A DNA stretch of 53,864 bases from Patescibacteria group bacterium (GCA_018970245.1 JAGWWT010000006.1:1-53864); one strand, 5' to 3'; shown: positions 1 through 10,188, counted from the first letter of the stretch. Notes: generated from the letters alone by a model not told the origin. Numbers and translations: made by a program.

Positions 1-83
1 TGTTCGTTCCAATCCCAGGGGTCGGCGCAGGGTAAGCCCCGGCAATCAGCGTCGGAGCGGCGGTAAACGTCGCCGTGGGGGTG
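1..83. repeat. 83-bp terminal direct repeat, left copy (circular contig overlap)
   Basis: 1-83 is identical to 53782-53864, and a CDS reads in frame through the junction. Confidence 0.97.
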
Positions 84-1189
84 TACGTCGGCGTCAAGGA
101 TGGGCTGGCCGTGAAGGACGGACTGTTCGTCCATGTCGTGGAAATCGTCGGCGTCTGGGTAATGGTTGGCGTGATGATTTGTGCTAATTGAACCGTGGGG
201 AACGGCGACAAGGGCGTCGGTGGCGGCGTGGCCGTCGCCACCGTGGGAAACTGGATTGGCGTTGCCGTGGCGCACGACGGGCAATACTGATTCACGGGGG
301 TCGCCGTGGAGTTGGGACTGGCCGTGGAGGATTGCGTGAACGTGGGGCTGGCGCTGAAAGTTTGGCTCGGAGTGAATGTCGAAGTGAATGTATTCGGCGT
401 GAAGCACCCGCTGATGCAGTTCGAGTTCGTCGTCCACGTCCCCGTCTGCGCAGCGAAGACATTCGCGCTGGACGGTGTATTGGAGTAGACAGGGGTAGGA
501 GAGGCTGTCAGTGTTTGGGTGATCGTCGAGGTGGGCGTCCCCGTTGCCGCGGGGACCGCTGGGTCAAGGTAGATATTGGTGAACCATTCGGTTTGTGCGG
601 CAGCTTGGACACCAAAATATCCCGAAGTATAAGTTGAATCTGTTGAAGTGAAAATTAAAGCCCCATTAATGAAGCAATTGATCGAAGACCCAAGCTGATA
701 AATGCCGATCGTGGCTGGAATAGAATATGTAAGACCGGTAGCTTGATGGATAAGAGAGTTTTGGCTCTGCCCACCAAACCATCCACTATAAAGCGCCAAT
801 GAATTGCCGGATAACCGCAAAATATAACATCCTACCGAAGTGGACCCATCCAGTACCAGTGATTGGATATCCCAAACAATGGCACCTTCACCGTTGCCAT
901 AGACTTGAGTTGTTAATGAAAGTGAATTTGAAGAAAAAGTCGTATATGCGTAAATACCGGCCATAGCGCCACTATCTGAGCCTTGTAATGATTGTTGTGT
1001 GGTGACCGGCCATGATTGAATGGACCAGCTCACCGCCCCATTATTTTGGCCATAGAAAGACCAAAATGCAGGTTGACTGCCGGGGATGGGGTAAGCATTG
1101 AATGTCTGGGGACAAAATGGATTGACGCAAGCGCTCCGGCTTGATACCGGCACCAAAAGGACCAGGATCAAGAGCCAAAAAGTGCGCAT
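1..1189 (-). CDS. 5' part of a 518-aa signal-peptide, Thr/Pro-rich protein spanning the junction (continues 53781..53414); absent from the ORF track
   Basis: Hand translation from ATG 1189: MRTFWLLILVLLVPVSSRSACVNPFCPQ..., open to base 1, joins in frame to MPIIGSS... at 53773; beta-rich N-domain and long TPT/SPT tract. Confidence 0.88.
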   Translation of the reverse strand, partial: MRTFWLLILVLLVPVSSRSACVNPFCPQTFNAYPIPGSQPAFWSFYGQNNGAVSWSIQSWPVTTQQSLQGSDSGAMAGIYAYTTFSSNSLSLTTQVYGNGEGAIVWDIQSLVLDGSTSVGCYILRLSGNSLALYSGWFGGQSQNSLIHQATGLTYSIPATIGIYQLGSSINCFINGALIFTSTDSTYTSGYFGVQAAAQTEWFTNIYLDPAVPAATGTPTSTITQTLTASPTPVYSNTPSSANVFAAQTGTWTTNSNCISGCFTPNTFTSTFTPSQTFSASPTFTQSSTASPNSTATPVNQYCPSCATATPIQFPTVATATPPPTPLSPFPTVQLAQIITPTITQTPTISTTWTNSPSFTASPSLTPTYTPTATFTAAPTLIAGAYPAPTPGIGTN

Positions 1190-1193
1190 GGCC

Positions 1194-1658
1194 TCAGTTC
1201 GGCCAGTTGGTCGGCAGATAATACCAAATCGAAGTCGTCACCGCGGTCGGCGTCACTTCCCCAGCGGCGAACACGCTAGGTGACGACGGTGGGATGATGA
1301 ACCACACGTAACGGGCCACCTTGGTCATGGACCAATTGCCTGGTTTGACCATACCGACTTGTGAACCAGCCGTGTAGGTGTTGTTTATCGGCCCCGTCCA
1401 CACCTGGATCTGGGTTCCGCCTGTGCTTGTAATGTCGAAAGCGAAACACCCTACCAACCCCAGGTCGATGGCTGAGCTCGACGTGTTCGTCAGCGCGGAC
1501 GCAAGGGCGTAGGTCGCCGTCCCCGTGATTTGGTGGGGGCAACCTGACAGGTTGATGGAGGTGCTAGGATTGAAGTTGACCGGGCCGCTGTCGGCGAATG
1601 CGAAGGCGGGTAGCGCGGACAGGAGCAGTGTAGACAGGAATGCGCGGAACAGCTTCAT
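1194..1658 (-). CDS. signal-peptide protein, beta-rich (putative decoration protein)
   Basis: MKLFRAFLSTLLLSALPAFAFA|D; GGAGG RBS; late operon. Confidence 0.8.
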   Translation of the reverse strand: MKLFRAFLSTLLLSALPAFAFADSGPVNFNPSTSINLSGCPHQITGTATYALASALTNTSSSAIDLGLVGCFAFDITSTGGTQIQVWTGPINNTYTAGSQVGMVKPGNWSMTKVARYVWFIIPPSSPSVFAAGEVTPTAVTTSIWYYLPTNWPN

Positions 1659-2013
1659 GTTTGTCCTCCAGGGGCCGCGAGGGCTTCCCCCGGCAGGGGT
1701 CCAGCGCCTGCGGCAGCAAGGCCCTTAGACGGTCCTTAGACACCAGGCGTCGTTGGACCAGCATCTTGAACACCGTCGTGTAGCCCCGGCCCGGCAAGCC
1801 GTCCTTGTCCAGGAAATCGTATTTGGGAAACGCCCCGTGGGAGGGGGAGGGGTAAGCCAGTATATCCATCATCTCGTAGGCGCCGGAATCCGGGTGGTAA
1901 TTGGTGCGCAGATAAAGCATGCTGCTGCGCTTGGTCCGGCTCGGGAAGGTCCGCAAGTTTGGATTCAGCTCACGAAGTATTTCCCGGAACGTGTCGAAGG
2001 ATATGCTGCTCAC
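1564..2013 (-). CDS. hypothetical protein
   Basis: GTG start after GGGAGGGAGG; operon position; 95-nt overlap with the next gene. Confidence 0.65.
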   Translation of the reverse strand: MSSISFDTFREILRELNPNLRTFPSRTKRSSMLYLRTNYHPDSGAYEMMDILAYPSPSHGAFPKYDFLDKDGLPGRGYTTVFKMLVQRRLVSKDRLRALLPQALDPCRGKPSRPLEDKHEAVPRIPVYTAPVRATRLRIRRQRPGQLQS

Positions 2014-2030
2014 CCCTCCCTCCCTTTCGG

Positions 2031-2402
2031 TCAGTCGAGATCGCTCTCCTCGTCCGGCTCCTCGCCGGGGTCTTCGGCCTTCTCGTCGAGCCCGCTGTCA
2101 CGGCCCACTCCGCGCCCGCCTCCGTTGCCGTCAGCGAACCCGTTGCGTCCCTTCAGCGCAGCCCCACTGTCACCGCCCACCACGTCACGGAAAGGTCCGG
2201 GGTAGTTGACATTACCACGGGTGCGCAGCGGGTTCTCCACCACCTGCGCCTCCACGGCGAAGCCCAGTGCGTCGACCGGGATGTTGATGTTCTGCCCGTC
2301 ACCCACGGCCGGCTGGCCGCGGAAGGCGGGGGCGAAGCCCTTGTCCATCCCGTAGCCCGGCTTGGTGCCGTTGGAACGGGTCGTGCGATGCATTTTGGCC
2401 AT
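2031..2402 (-). CDS. hypothetical Gly-rich protein with acidic tail
   Basis: Start MAKMHRTT at 2402 with GGAGG, just after the upstream stop. Confidence 0.7.
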   Translation of the reverse strand: MAKMHRTTRSNGTKPGYGMDKGFAPAFRGQPAVGDGQNINIPVDALGFAVEAQVVENPLRTRGNVNYPGPFRDVVGGDSGAALKGRNGFADGNGGGRGVGRDSGLDEKAEDPGEEPDEESDLD

Positions 2403-2403
2403 T

Positions 2404-2763
2404 TCAAGCCTCCTTGGGCGAGAGCGCATCAAGCGTGATGCCCTTGATGGACTCCGGGAACTGCTGGTTGGCCGAGAAGGCCACGCCTTCGTAGAGGACG
2501 ACATCCTCGAACACGAAATCGTTGACCGTCTTGGTCACATTGTTGATCTTGACTTCCTTGGTGGTCTGGACGAACTGACCCTTGGCGTCCTTCTTGCGCT
2601 GCTTGGTCGAAGTCGACCCGGTGACGATGAAGACCCGGGTGACCACAGCCTTGAGGCGCTTGTCCTCGATGGTGTAGAGGCAGGTTTCGCCGATCTTGGG
2701 CGTCCAGGTTTTGACCGCCGGCGCGTTAGCCGGCGGCGTGGTCTGCTGGTTGGTGTCTGCCAT
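2404..2763 (-). CDS. hypothetical protein downstream of the capsid gene
   Basis: AGGAG RBS; operon position. Confidence 0.75.
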   Translation of the reverse strand: MADTNQQTTPPANAPAVKTWTPKIGETCLYTIEDKRLKAVVTRVFIVTGSTSTKQRKKDAKGQFVQTTKEVKINNVTKTVNDFVFEDVVLYEGVAFSANQQFPESIKGITLDALSPKEA

Positions 2764-2774
2764 GTCCTGACTCC

Positions 2775-3716
2775 TCAGAAGGTCTGCTCGGAAACCGCGC
2801 TGTTGACCACGAACCCACGCACACCATCACTGATGTCCGAGGCCGTGTAGGTGGCCTTCCAGCCCACGGTACCGACCTGCCCGAGGGGATTGGCCGCATT
2901 CACGTTGGTCGCCGGGCTGACGAACAGCGAGAACGGCATCGTCTCCAGGTCCACATTCAGGAGCGCGTCGGGGCCGCCGGCGACGGCCTGGTACACCGTG
3001 GTGCCGTTGGCGATCTGCGTGACCTGGATGTTGCTGGAACCGAGCACCCGGAAGCCGCTGAAGCGGGTCATTTCGCCGACCCACACCGCGTCCGAAGCCC
3101 CCGTGGGCCCCGAGCGCCGCGCGACGTCGAGGAAGCTGCCCACCTTGTCGTCGATGTCCAGGTCGTAGTATTGGTCAGGGTGGAGAATGAGGTTGTACAG
3201 GTCGTCCTCACCCGGCATCACATCCTTCGCCTGGAAAATCTTCCGGAGGCGGCGGATCTGCGTGGCGCTCATCACGTCGCCGGCGGTCATGGTGGCGGCC
3301 GTGGTGTTGTTGGCGAACAACTGGGTCCAATTCGCCAAGACCACCGCATAGGTCACGGTGTCCAGCGTGAGGGCCGCGTTGTACCCAAGCACCTTCGACG
3401 CCACATCCATCATGCTCGACCGGCCGGTGACTTCCAGTAGGTCGCTGATCTTGACGTAGGCGCCGTACTGCAGGAGGGTGGCGCTGTAGGTGTTGGTCGT
3501 GATGTTGATGTCCGCCGGCGCGGTGCCCTCGGTCAGCGCATTGGTCTGCGGCGCGAGGGGGACGGGACGCCAGGTGGAGAGGAGCTGACCGCTGTTCTTG
3601 TCGATCTGCTCCATGGTGCCGAGTTTGGCGATGTACAACTTCTTGCGGAGGAAAGACTGGCTCCGCTTCTTGTAGAACGTCATCGCCGCGGCGCTGACGT
3701 TTCCAGTGGTCATCAT
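2775..3716 (-). CDS. major capsid protein (HK97 fold, N4-gp56-like)
   Basis: LTEGTAP, QYGAYVKISD, ILHPDQYYDL, GEMTRFSGFRV, NPLGQVGTVGWK motifs; follows scaffold and portal. Confidence 0.9.
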   Translation of the reverse strand: MMTTGNVSAAAMTFYKKRSQSFLRKKLYIAKLGTMEQIDKNSGQLLSTWRPVPLAPQTNALTEGTAPADINITTNTYSATLLQYGAYVKISDLLEVTGRSSMMDVASKVLGYNAALTLDTVTYAVVLANWTQLFANNTTAATMTAGDVMSATQIRRLRKIFQAKDVMPGEDDLYNLILHPDQYYDLDIDDKVGSFLDVARRSGPTGASDAVWVGEMTRFSGFRVLGSSNIQVTQIANGTTVYQAVAGGPDALLNVDLETMPFSLFVSPATNVNAANPLGQVGTVGWKATYTASDISDGVRGFVVNSAVSEQTF

Positions 3717-3749
3717 GGCCGATACCTCATGAGGTTGTCGGCCGACGTG

Positions 3750-4658
3750 TTACCGGGCCTGTCGCGGGAGCATCTTGCCCAACTCGTCGAGGTCCAGATC
3801 ATCGATCTCGTCCTGGGTCATCTGGTCCAAAGGCTTCTTGCCGTTGGCCGGCTTTCCAGTGCTGGTCGCGTTGCTGCCGGAAGTGAGGCGATCCCCCTTC
3901 CCGGCGGCGGCGCGCTGCTGCTGGGCAACCGCGGCACCCTTGGATTGGACCTGACTTGATCTTGCCAAGACGGCGCGCAACATCACATCACTGATGTCAC
4001 CACGTTCAAGCAGCCGGTCGACGCGCTCCTTCGCCATCATGTCGCCTGAAAGTGCGGCTTTGCGGTCCGCATCGATCAAACCACCGATGATGTCGTCCAT
4101 TTCACTCCACGGGATGTTCGCCGTGGCGCAAGCCTTCTGCAGGTTCGCGAAAATGGACTGCCGGTTCAATTCACGAATGACCGGGGCGTAGCGCTGTTCG
4201 AACTGCTGCAGACCGTCAGTCTGCACCTTCTTGGCGATCTCCTCGACGAATTTGGCCGCCTCCTCCTGCATCTTGGCGTCCGGATCGTCGGCCTTAGCGG
4301 TGGATGCGGGTTTCGACGCGAGGGCCGCTTCGAGCTTGTCGATCTTGCTCTGGAGCGCCCTATACGCCAAATTCTCGCGGTTCATGTTCTGCATCGCCGT
4401 TTCCATGGCGGTGATCTTTTCCATGAGGATCTTGCTCGTATCCCCAGGCTGCGGATCCAGGCTCTTGGAAGCCGGCTTTCCCGCGGTGCCACCACCCGTC
4501 GCACCCCCGTCGGCGTCTTGCTGCGTAGTGGGTTGGGACCCGCCGCCATCCCTGGGCGCTTGGCCCTGGGCCGGAAGCTGATTTGCCAACTCCTCCTCGC
4601 TCATACCCGCGAACTGTTCAGTCCCCGGCATATCCGACGTGATGACTGGCGAATCCAT
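3750..4658 (-). CDS. capsid scaffolding protein (putative)
   Basis: Helical/coiled-coil with disordered ends and acidic C-terminal helix, directly upstream of the capsid gene. Confidence 0.75.
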   Translation of the reverse strand: MDSPVITSDMPGTEQFAGMSEEELANQLPAQGQAPRDGGGSQPTTQQDADGGATGGGTAGKPASKSLDPQPGDTSKILMEKITAMETAMQNMNRENLAYRALQSKIDKLEAALASKPASTAKADDPDAKMQEEAAKFVEEIAKKVQTDGLQQFEQRYAPVIRELNRQSIFANLQKACATANIPWSEMDDIIGGLIDADRKAALSGDMMAKERVDRLLERGDISDVMLRAVLARSSQVQSKGAAVAQQQRAAAGKGDRLTSGSNATSTGKPANGKKPLDQMTQDEIDDLDLDELGKMLPRQAR

Positions 4659-4734
4659 TGTTCCTCCTCCGCATCGGGATGGGCCCTCGTGGGGGCGGTC
4701 CCTAGCAACTCTGAGATGCCATCGGGGTGGGGAG

Positions 4735-5124
4735 CTATTGCTCCGGCCCCTGGCCGTTCTGTTGTGAATCTAGAGCCAACCTTGCACTATTGTCCAGTAT
4801 ATTCTTTCCTTCGAGCGCCCGGTCCCGGATCCACGTCCAAAGCTGGATCGCGGTTTCAAGGCCAAGTAACCACGCCCGAGCCTCACGGAATTGTATTTCC
4901 AGTGATTCGGTCCTCCCCACGGACAGGATACGGTCGAGGATGTCTTGGCATTGTTCCCGCTGTATTTTCGCACGTTCAAGCAAAACATTGTGCATGACGA
5001 TCCATCCCGGGTGCTCCGGAATGGAACGAACCACATCATACTTCGCCACGGCGTCCGCGGCTTCCTGGATAGCGGCTTTGGTCCTGGCAGTCGCTTCCGC
5101 GATCATCTCCTCGACGGTCTGCAT
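4735..5124 (-). CDS. hypothetical head-module protein
   Basis: Small helical protein (HPGW motif) between portal and scaffold. Confidence 0.75.
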   Translation of the reverse strand: MQTVEEMIAEATARTKAAIQEAADAVAKYDVVRSIPEHPGWIVMHNVLLERAKIQREQCQDILDRILSVGRTESLEIQFREARAWLLGLETAIQLWTWIRDRALEGKNILDNSARLALDSQQNGQGPEQ

Positions 5125-5130
5125 ATAGCC

Positions 5131-7272
5131 TCAAGCGTTGAAGGGTTGGGACGGGGCGAAGCTAGGCCCGGGCGCCACGGGCAGGCGAGGGGCTGGACCC
5201 CGCGGCGGAGCGGTGGGAACACCATGGTTTTCCTTCGGCGCCATTCGCGGCAATCCATGGCCGCCGGCCAAAGAGTTGGGCGCGGCGCCGGCTTGCGGAA
5301 TAGGAGCGCCGGGTTGGCCCTGTTGGGGTTGGCCACCCTGAAGCATGGCCATCATCTGCTCCGGTGGAACCTCTTTCATGTAAGTCCGTCCATTGCGGAT
5401 ATTCAGTTTCGGCATGATCTCCTGCACCAGGAAATCGAACAGGTCGAAGCGGTACATCTTTCCGGTGGAATCCACCATGGCCTGCGGATTGGTGGCTTGC
5501 AGTTGCTGCACCTGCTGGGCGAACTGCATTTCCTGCTGCAGCATGGATCGTGTGTCATTGACCACGGCCGAAGTGATGGGGACGAAGAAATAATCCACTT
5601 GTAGATCTGCCCGGGTGACGTTCCGTGGCGCGCCGTCGATCGTGCTCTCGCGCACCACCAAATCATCGTCCATGGCCCATTGGCGCATCATCCAGTAGTA
5701 CAGGTTTCCGAGGGCGGCGAAGAACTCATAGATGAACTGGTCGACGATCAGTTGGAAGCGGGTGCCGGAATTGGCGTTGATGATCGCCGCTTCCGTCGCC
5801 GTGGCGTTCCCGAGGGTCGTCGTAGGGACCCCTTGGGCCTGTTCGTTAGCCGCCACAGTCTCCCGGGCGATGTTGATGGCCCATGCCCGCTCATCGCTCA
5901 CCGCCTTGATCTGCGCACCATCGATCGGATTGTACTTAACCTGGGAGGCGTCCTGGACGGGGATGACGGCCAGCTCGTCCGTGAACAGGCGCAGCGTGTC
6001 GAGCCCAGCGCCACGGCTGACGAAAGTCGGATTCCGCGCCGCCTTGTTGACCAAACGCTGCGAACTGCTCATCAGATTATTGATGTAGACCTGCGTGTCC
6101 ATGATCGGAGCGTGGACGGACTTGCCGAGGAAGGACCGCGGAATGACACACTGATGGAACGAAATGTAAGGGTGCCCAGGTCCGTGCCCCGTCTCGTCCA
6201 CCCACGGATTGGGCTCACAGAGCACCAAGGCATCATCATTGACGATGATGAAATGGAGCGCGGTCATCTGCCACTTGGTGCTGCCGTCCTCTTGGGGCTT
6301 CTGGTATGGCACCCAAGCGAACCACTCGTCCAGCTCCCGGGTGTCCGTGCTGTCCGTAGTTTCAACCGGGCCATTGCCGGCGGGCGCCAGTTGGCGCTTG
6401 CGCTTCTCGTCGAGATCCTTCTGCATGTCCTCCTTACTGGCCGGCTGCTTGAGGATTTCCTCCACATTGTCGATCAGCCCCTCGTCCTGCATAATCAGCA
6501 GCTCCTCATCCGACGGGAACTGCTTTTCGCAGACGTAACCGCTCTCCTGGATGCGGTTCTTGCGGTGGTCATAGATCATGTTCTGTAGTGCGGTCGATTC
6601 CCAATCCGGTCCGAAGGTCTCCTTGAACACCTTGACTTCCTCGACGGTGCTGTTCGGGACACGCTCACCACTCAGTGGATCGACGGAGGACGTATCAGGG
6701 ATGGTTTCAACGAAGCGCTTGCGCCACCGCGCCCGGGCGATTCCCGTCCCCTCAATTTTCAATGCTTTGATCGTAGCAAACAGTTTCTCCCCGGTTCGTG
6801 ATTCGGACCACAGCAACTCCTGGTTCACCAAGTCATTGATGGTCTGCTTGTTCTCATTGTCGATCTGCGCCTGCTTCGACATGGCATCGACCACCCGTGC
6901 CCGTGCCATGACCGCTTGGTAGGTCTTGGCGGTGTCCGTCTCGATGATGGCATTCGAGATGGGCACCGCGGTCGGCGTCTGCTGTCCCGCCAGAAGCTTG
7001 TTGTCATACGCCTTCCACCAATCATTGATCTTTTCGTTGAACCCGTTGTTGTCACCGAACCAATGGGCGTGCGCGGCTTTCTTCTTGGCGGCCCACTCCT
7101 TCAGCCTCTGCTCGGTCAACCCCTCCGGCAGCTGGACTTTGCTTTTCTTCTCGTCCTGCTTCTTGTCGGCGTCCTCTTGGAAGCCGTTCGGATCCGGGTC
7201 AGGTGGTTCCGAGGCGTCCAAAGAGCGTGCCGTCGCGCCCTCAGCGCGTTGGGTGGGAGCCGGGCTGTCCAT
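5131..7272 (-). CDS. portal protein (P22/podovirus-like)
   Basis: 713 aa after terminase; GTGIARARW, SFLGKS, QVYINNL, NATATEA segments; Gln/Pro-rich C-terminus. Confidence 0.88.
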   Translation of the reverse strand: MDSPAPTQRAEGATARSLDASEPPDPDPNGFQEDADKKQDEKKSKVQLPEGLTEQRLKEWAAKKKAAHAHWFGDNNGFNEKINDWWKAYDNKLLAGQQTPTAVPISNAIIETDTAKTYQAVMARARVVDAMSKQAQIDNENKQTINDLVNQELLWSESRTGEKLFATIKALKIEGTGIARARWRKRFVETIPDTSSVDPLSGERVPNSTVEEVKVFKETFGPDWESTALQNMIYDHRKNRIQESGYVCEKQFPSDEELLIMQDEGLIDNVEEILKQPASKEDMQKDLDEKRKRQLAPAGNGPVETTDSTDTRELDEWFAWVPYQKPQEDGSTKWQMTALHFIIVNDDALVLCEPNPWVDETGHGPGHPYISFHQCVIPRSFLGKSVHAPIMDTQVYINNLMSSSQRLVNKAARNPTFVSRGAGLDTLRLFTDELAVIPVQDASQVKYNPIDGAQIKAVSDERAWAINIARETVAANEQAQGVPTTTLGNATATEAAIINANSGTRFQLIVDQFIYEFFAALGNLYYWMMRQWAMDDDLVVRESTIDGAPRNVTRADLQVDYFFVPITSAVVNDTRSMLQQEMQFAQQVQQLQATNPQAMVDSTGKMYRFDLFDFLVQEIMPKLNIRNGRTYMKEVPPEQMMAMLQGGQPQQGQPGAPIPQAGAAPNSLAGGHGLPRMAPKENHGVPTAPPRGPAPRLPVAPGPSFAPSQPFNA

Positions 7273-7280
7273 CTGTGACC

Positions 7281-7643
7281 TCAGTGGAGGACCACCAGCA
7301 CGTCGTCATAGCTGATGGAAAGGTAGTCCCGCCGCACCCCATCGGGTCCGGTCAGGGTAAACTGGTTGCCAGCATACCGTGAAAACAGGATTTTGGAACC
7401 CAGGGCGATCTTGATGGCGCGCACAGTGCCGTCCGACAGCACCCGACCCTCCCCAACGGCGATGACCTCCCCGCGGTTAGGCTTGTCCTGCGCTTGGTCC
7501 GGCACGGCGAACACGATGCCGCTTTTGGTCCTGATTTCGGTCTCATTCTCGAGCAGAGTGACCACTAAATGGTCCCCCACCGGGGTCATGGCCGGATGCT
7601 CCACCGACTGCTCAGAAGATAATACCGCCATCGACGCGTCCAC
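7281..7643 (-). CDS. groES: co-chaperonin GroES (Cpn10)
   Basis: PVGDHLVV, TKSGIV, GEVIAVGEG, KILFSRYAG, DDVL; GTG start with GGAGG. Confidence 0.93.
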   Translation of the reverse strand: MDASMAVLSSEQSVEHPAMTPVGDHLVVTLLENETEIRTKSGIVFAVPDQAQDKPNRGEVIAVGEGRVLSDGTVRAIKIALGSKILFSRYAGNQFTLTGPDGVRRDYLSISYDDVLVVLH

Positions 7644-9114
7644 GTGCACCTCCCTGCATGAAAGTTTTGAGGATGTAGTCACCGTACGGGTCCCGGCTCT
7701 CCTCGCTCTTCGGCGCCGCCGCCGATGACGATTCAAGCACATCCATGACGAGATACCGCAGCGTGTCCACCTCGTCATCGTTCTTTTTCAGCGGCTTCCC
7801 CGGCGCGATGCCTTGCGCGTTCGGCGGAATCCACTGATAAGTCTTGATATGTTTCATCAGCCATGGGCAGCGATCTTTGAAGATATAGAGCCCCGCCTTC
7901 CCGTTCGGCTGGATGTGCAGGCGCTCCGCGACCTTGTTCAATCCAGCGCTGACGTCGTTGTTTGCGTCCCGCCCATAGATCCCATGGAGCGCGTACTCGT
8001 CCCGGATGGTGCGGTTGGTCACTCCATGGCGCTGCTTCGTCGCCGGGTCCATCACGCAGAGGATACCGCCGTCGCTTTCGACGGGCCAGTAGCGGTCCAT
8101 CCGGGTCTTGTCCCGGACCATCCCCGCCACCTGCGAAACGATCTGGTCGGTGACCGACAACTCATCGACGATGTACAGCCGCCCATATTCGTCCACGGCG
8201 CCCCACAACCACACGCAACGATGCCTGCTGGAGATACCCCAGTCATGGGCCAGGAAGCGCGGCCAGTGGGCGGGGATGGGAAAGGAGCGGATGCCGTGCA
8301 CGTCCTCATTGAACTCCGGATAAACGGCTCCGCCGCGGATGTTCCAGTCACCTCGCAGGAAGCGGTCGCACCAGTCCTTCGGCATCCTGCGGTACAGATC
8401 CTCGATGTACTCGTCACCGAGGTTGGCGCGGTTGTCCTCGATCGTGGTCTCGAACAGCCGCCAGCCGTTGTTCTCCTCGAACAGCATGCTCTTGATCCAC
8501 CCGGGGTCCGGATTGGCGGTCAGTGTGCCCCAGCGTCGTGGCGGGTAGCCGTAGCGTGATTTGAATTTCGCCGTGCGCTCGGCGTTCCAGTAGGAGCAGC
8601 GGGAGTGGATGTGGTTGAACACCTCCTCCTCCAACTCCTCGGCCTGGTCCAGCAGATACTCACTGATCTCCAACCCCAGCTGCTTCTGGATCTCAGCGCA
8701 GGGTCGGCAACTGATTTCACTCGGCTCCCCCTTGGTCCTGATCCATAGCGTGTGCTGTCCCTGTCCGGCCTGGTGGCGAACGACAAGCGGCCCGGGATTG
8801 CGGTAGGACCCACCATTCTGCGCCGCAACGAGACGAAACAATTCCTTCAGCGTCGTGCTCTCCAGATCCGTGAAAAACTTCCGCCCCACCAAGATCCTGC
8901 TACCGGGGTAAATCTGGGCGTGGAACAATACCCGCGCGCAGGCGCCGACCGTCTTGCCCGAGCGGATGGCGCCGGCGAAGGCCACCCAAGGGTCCGGGCA
9001 GAACACGAACTCCTCCTGCTTCGGATTTCCACGGAAGTCGAGGACAGGAGGCGTCGGCGCAAGCGTGCCCGGCGTCGCTTCCACCCCCACAGGAGCCGGC
9101 GCTTCGTACGGCAT
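7612..9114 (-). CDS. terL: terminase large subunit
   Basis: Walker A GAIRSGKT, Walker B LLDQAEE, TANP coupling motif, nuclease HDWG and DDEVDTLRY. Confidence 0.95.
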   Translation of the reverse strand: MPYEAPAPVGVEATPGTLAPTPPVLDFRGNPKQEEFVFCPDPWVAFAGAIRSGKTVGACARVLFHAQIYPGSRILVGRKFFTDLESTTLKELFRLVAAQNGGSYRNPGPLVVRHQAGQGQHTLWIRTKGEPSEISCRPCAEIQKQLGLEISEYLLDQAEELEEEVFNHIHSRCSYWNAERTAKFKSRYGYPPRRWGTLTANPDPGWIKSMLFEENNGWRLFETTIEDNRANLGDEYIEDLYRRMPKDWCDRFLRGDWNIRGGAVYPEFNEDVHGIRSFPIPAHWPRFLAHDWGISSRHRCVWLWGAVDEYGRLYIVDELSVTDQIVSQVAGMVRDKTRMDRYWPVESDGGILCVMDPATKQRHGVTNRTIRDEYALHGIYGRDANNDVSAGLNKVAERLHIQPNGKAGLYIFKDRCPWLMKHIKTYQWIPPNAQGIAPGKPLKKNDDEVDTLRYLVMDVLESSSAAAPKSEESRDPYGDYILKTFMQGGARGRVDGGIIF

Positions 9115-9740
9115 CAGCGATGGAACAGAAGCACCCAGCCGTCGACGCTCTCACCCTGACTGCCATTGACCGCGGAGGCCGACGGGCTGTTCCCATTGAT
9201 CGTCGTGTTCTTCGGCGGCAAGGACATGTCGACATGGCTGAATCGTGATTTGAACTCCCGCTTCAGGATCGCCTCCAGCCCGGCGGTCTGCGTGTAGCGA
9301 GGAAGGCGAATGGTCATCTGTCCATTGGCGTCCCAAGCGCCGGTCTCCAAATGCTGAGCGACCTTGGCCGCGACTTCCCGCAGCTTCGCGTCAGGCGCCG
9401 GGCGCCCTTTGATCTGTTGGTCCGCGTATTGCTTGAAGGTCTTGATCTCCTCCGTACTGGCGGGGCCATCGGCTTCGAGCGGGATGAAGCCGGGCGGAAG
9501 GTCCGTCGCCACATCGCCAATAGACATGGGTGGCGGTGTGGGTGAAGGAATATGGGGTACTGTCTGTACTCCATAGTCCGTTCTGACGGCCCGTGGAGGT
9601 GAGGTGACATTCTGCCCAGCATACTGCAGCAGCATGCTCAAGCGCACGGGGCCTAGCGCGTCGTCCCGCCGCGCCTTGAACAGGTCGTCCAGCAATGTGC
9701 GGAAGGTATGGTCATTCCAAAGATCATGGGGGTCACGCAT
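9114..9740 (-). CDS. hypothetical protein
   Basis: Start MRDPHDLW at 9740 with GGAGG; stop overlaps terL start. Confidence 0.7.
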   Translation of the reverse strand: MRDPHDLWNDHTFRTLLDDLFKARRDDALGPVRLSMLLQYAGQNVTSPPRAVRTDYGVQTVPHIPSPTPPPMSIGDVATDLPPGFIPLEADGPASTEEIKTFKQYADQQIKGRPAPDAKLREVAAKVAQHLETGAWDANGQMTIRLPRYTQTAGLEAILKREFKSRFSHVDMSLPPKNTTINGNSPSASAVNGSQGESVDGWVLLFHR

Positions 9741-10188
9741 GGCCGCCTCCGATGATGCGGAATTTGTCGCGGATTTCCTTCGGCAGCGGTCGTCCCAGCA
9801 CCGGTCCGCGCTTGCGCTTGGTGACGAACACGAACTCCATGCCGAGCCCATCCTCTTTCGCCGCCTCCGCCGCGGCCTGGAATCCCTGGGCCATGTTGTC
9901 CAGATCCTGTTCACTCCATGACCCGCTGAGCCGGACCTGGATATGGTCGATGTCCTCGATGGGAGGGATATGGACCTGCTTGACTTCGGAGGGGGTGGCG
10001 GGATCGGTGGAACCGAAATCGAAGACCTTCTCGCATTCGGGGTGGCAATTGGGGCAGATCATGTCCACCTCGGCCTTGCAGTCCGGACAGGTGGCATAGA
10101 TGGTTCCATGCGGTCCACGTTCGTCCATACAGCACCTCAAGGATTGGATGGCGCGGTTAAGCGTCCTTTGCGCCTGGCTCGATGTCAC
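9733..10188 (-). CDS. hypothetical protein with two CxxC motifs
   Basis: CPDC...CPNC; coupled to neighbouring genes. Confidence 0.65.
   Translation of the reverse strand: MTSSQAQRTLNRAIQSLRCCMDERGPHGTIYATCPDCKAEVDMICPNCHPECEKVFDFGSTDPATPSEVKQVHIPPIEDIDHIQVRLSGSWSEQDLDNMAQGFQAAAEAAKEDGLGMEFVFVTKRKRGPVLGRPLPKEIRDKFRIIGGGHA

Noticed and set aside
5680-6588. Long antisense ORFs (also 17205-18335, 18714-19622, 38062-39015, 40451-41311)
   Set aside because: Shadow frames of GC-rich genes that have clear motifs on the opposite strand
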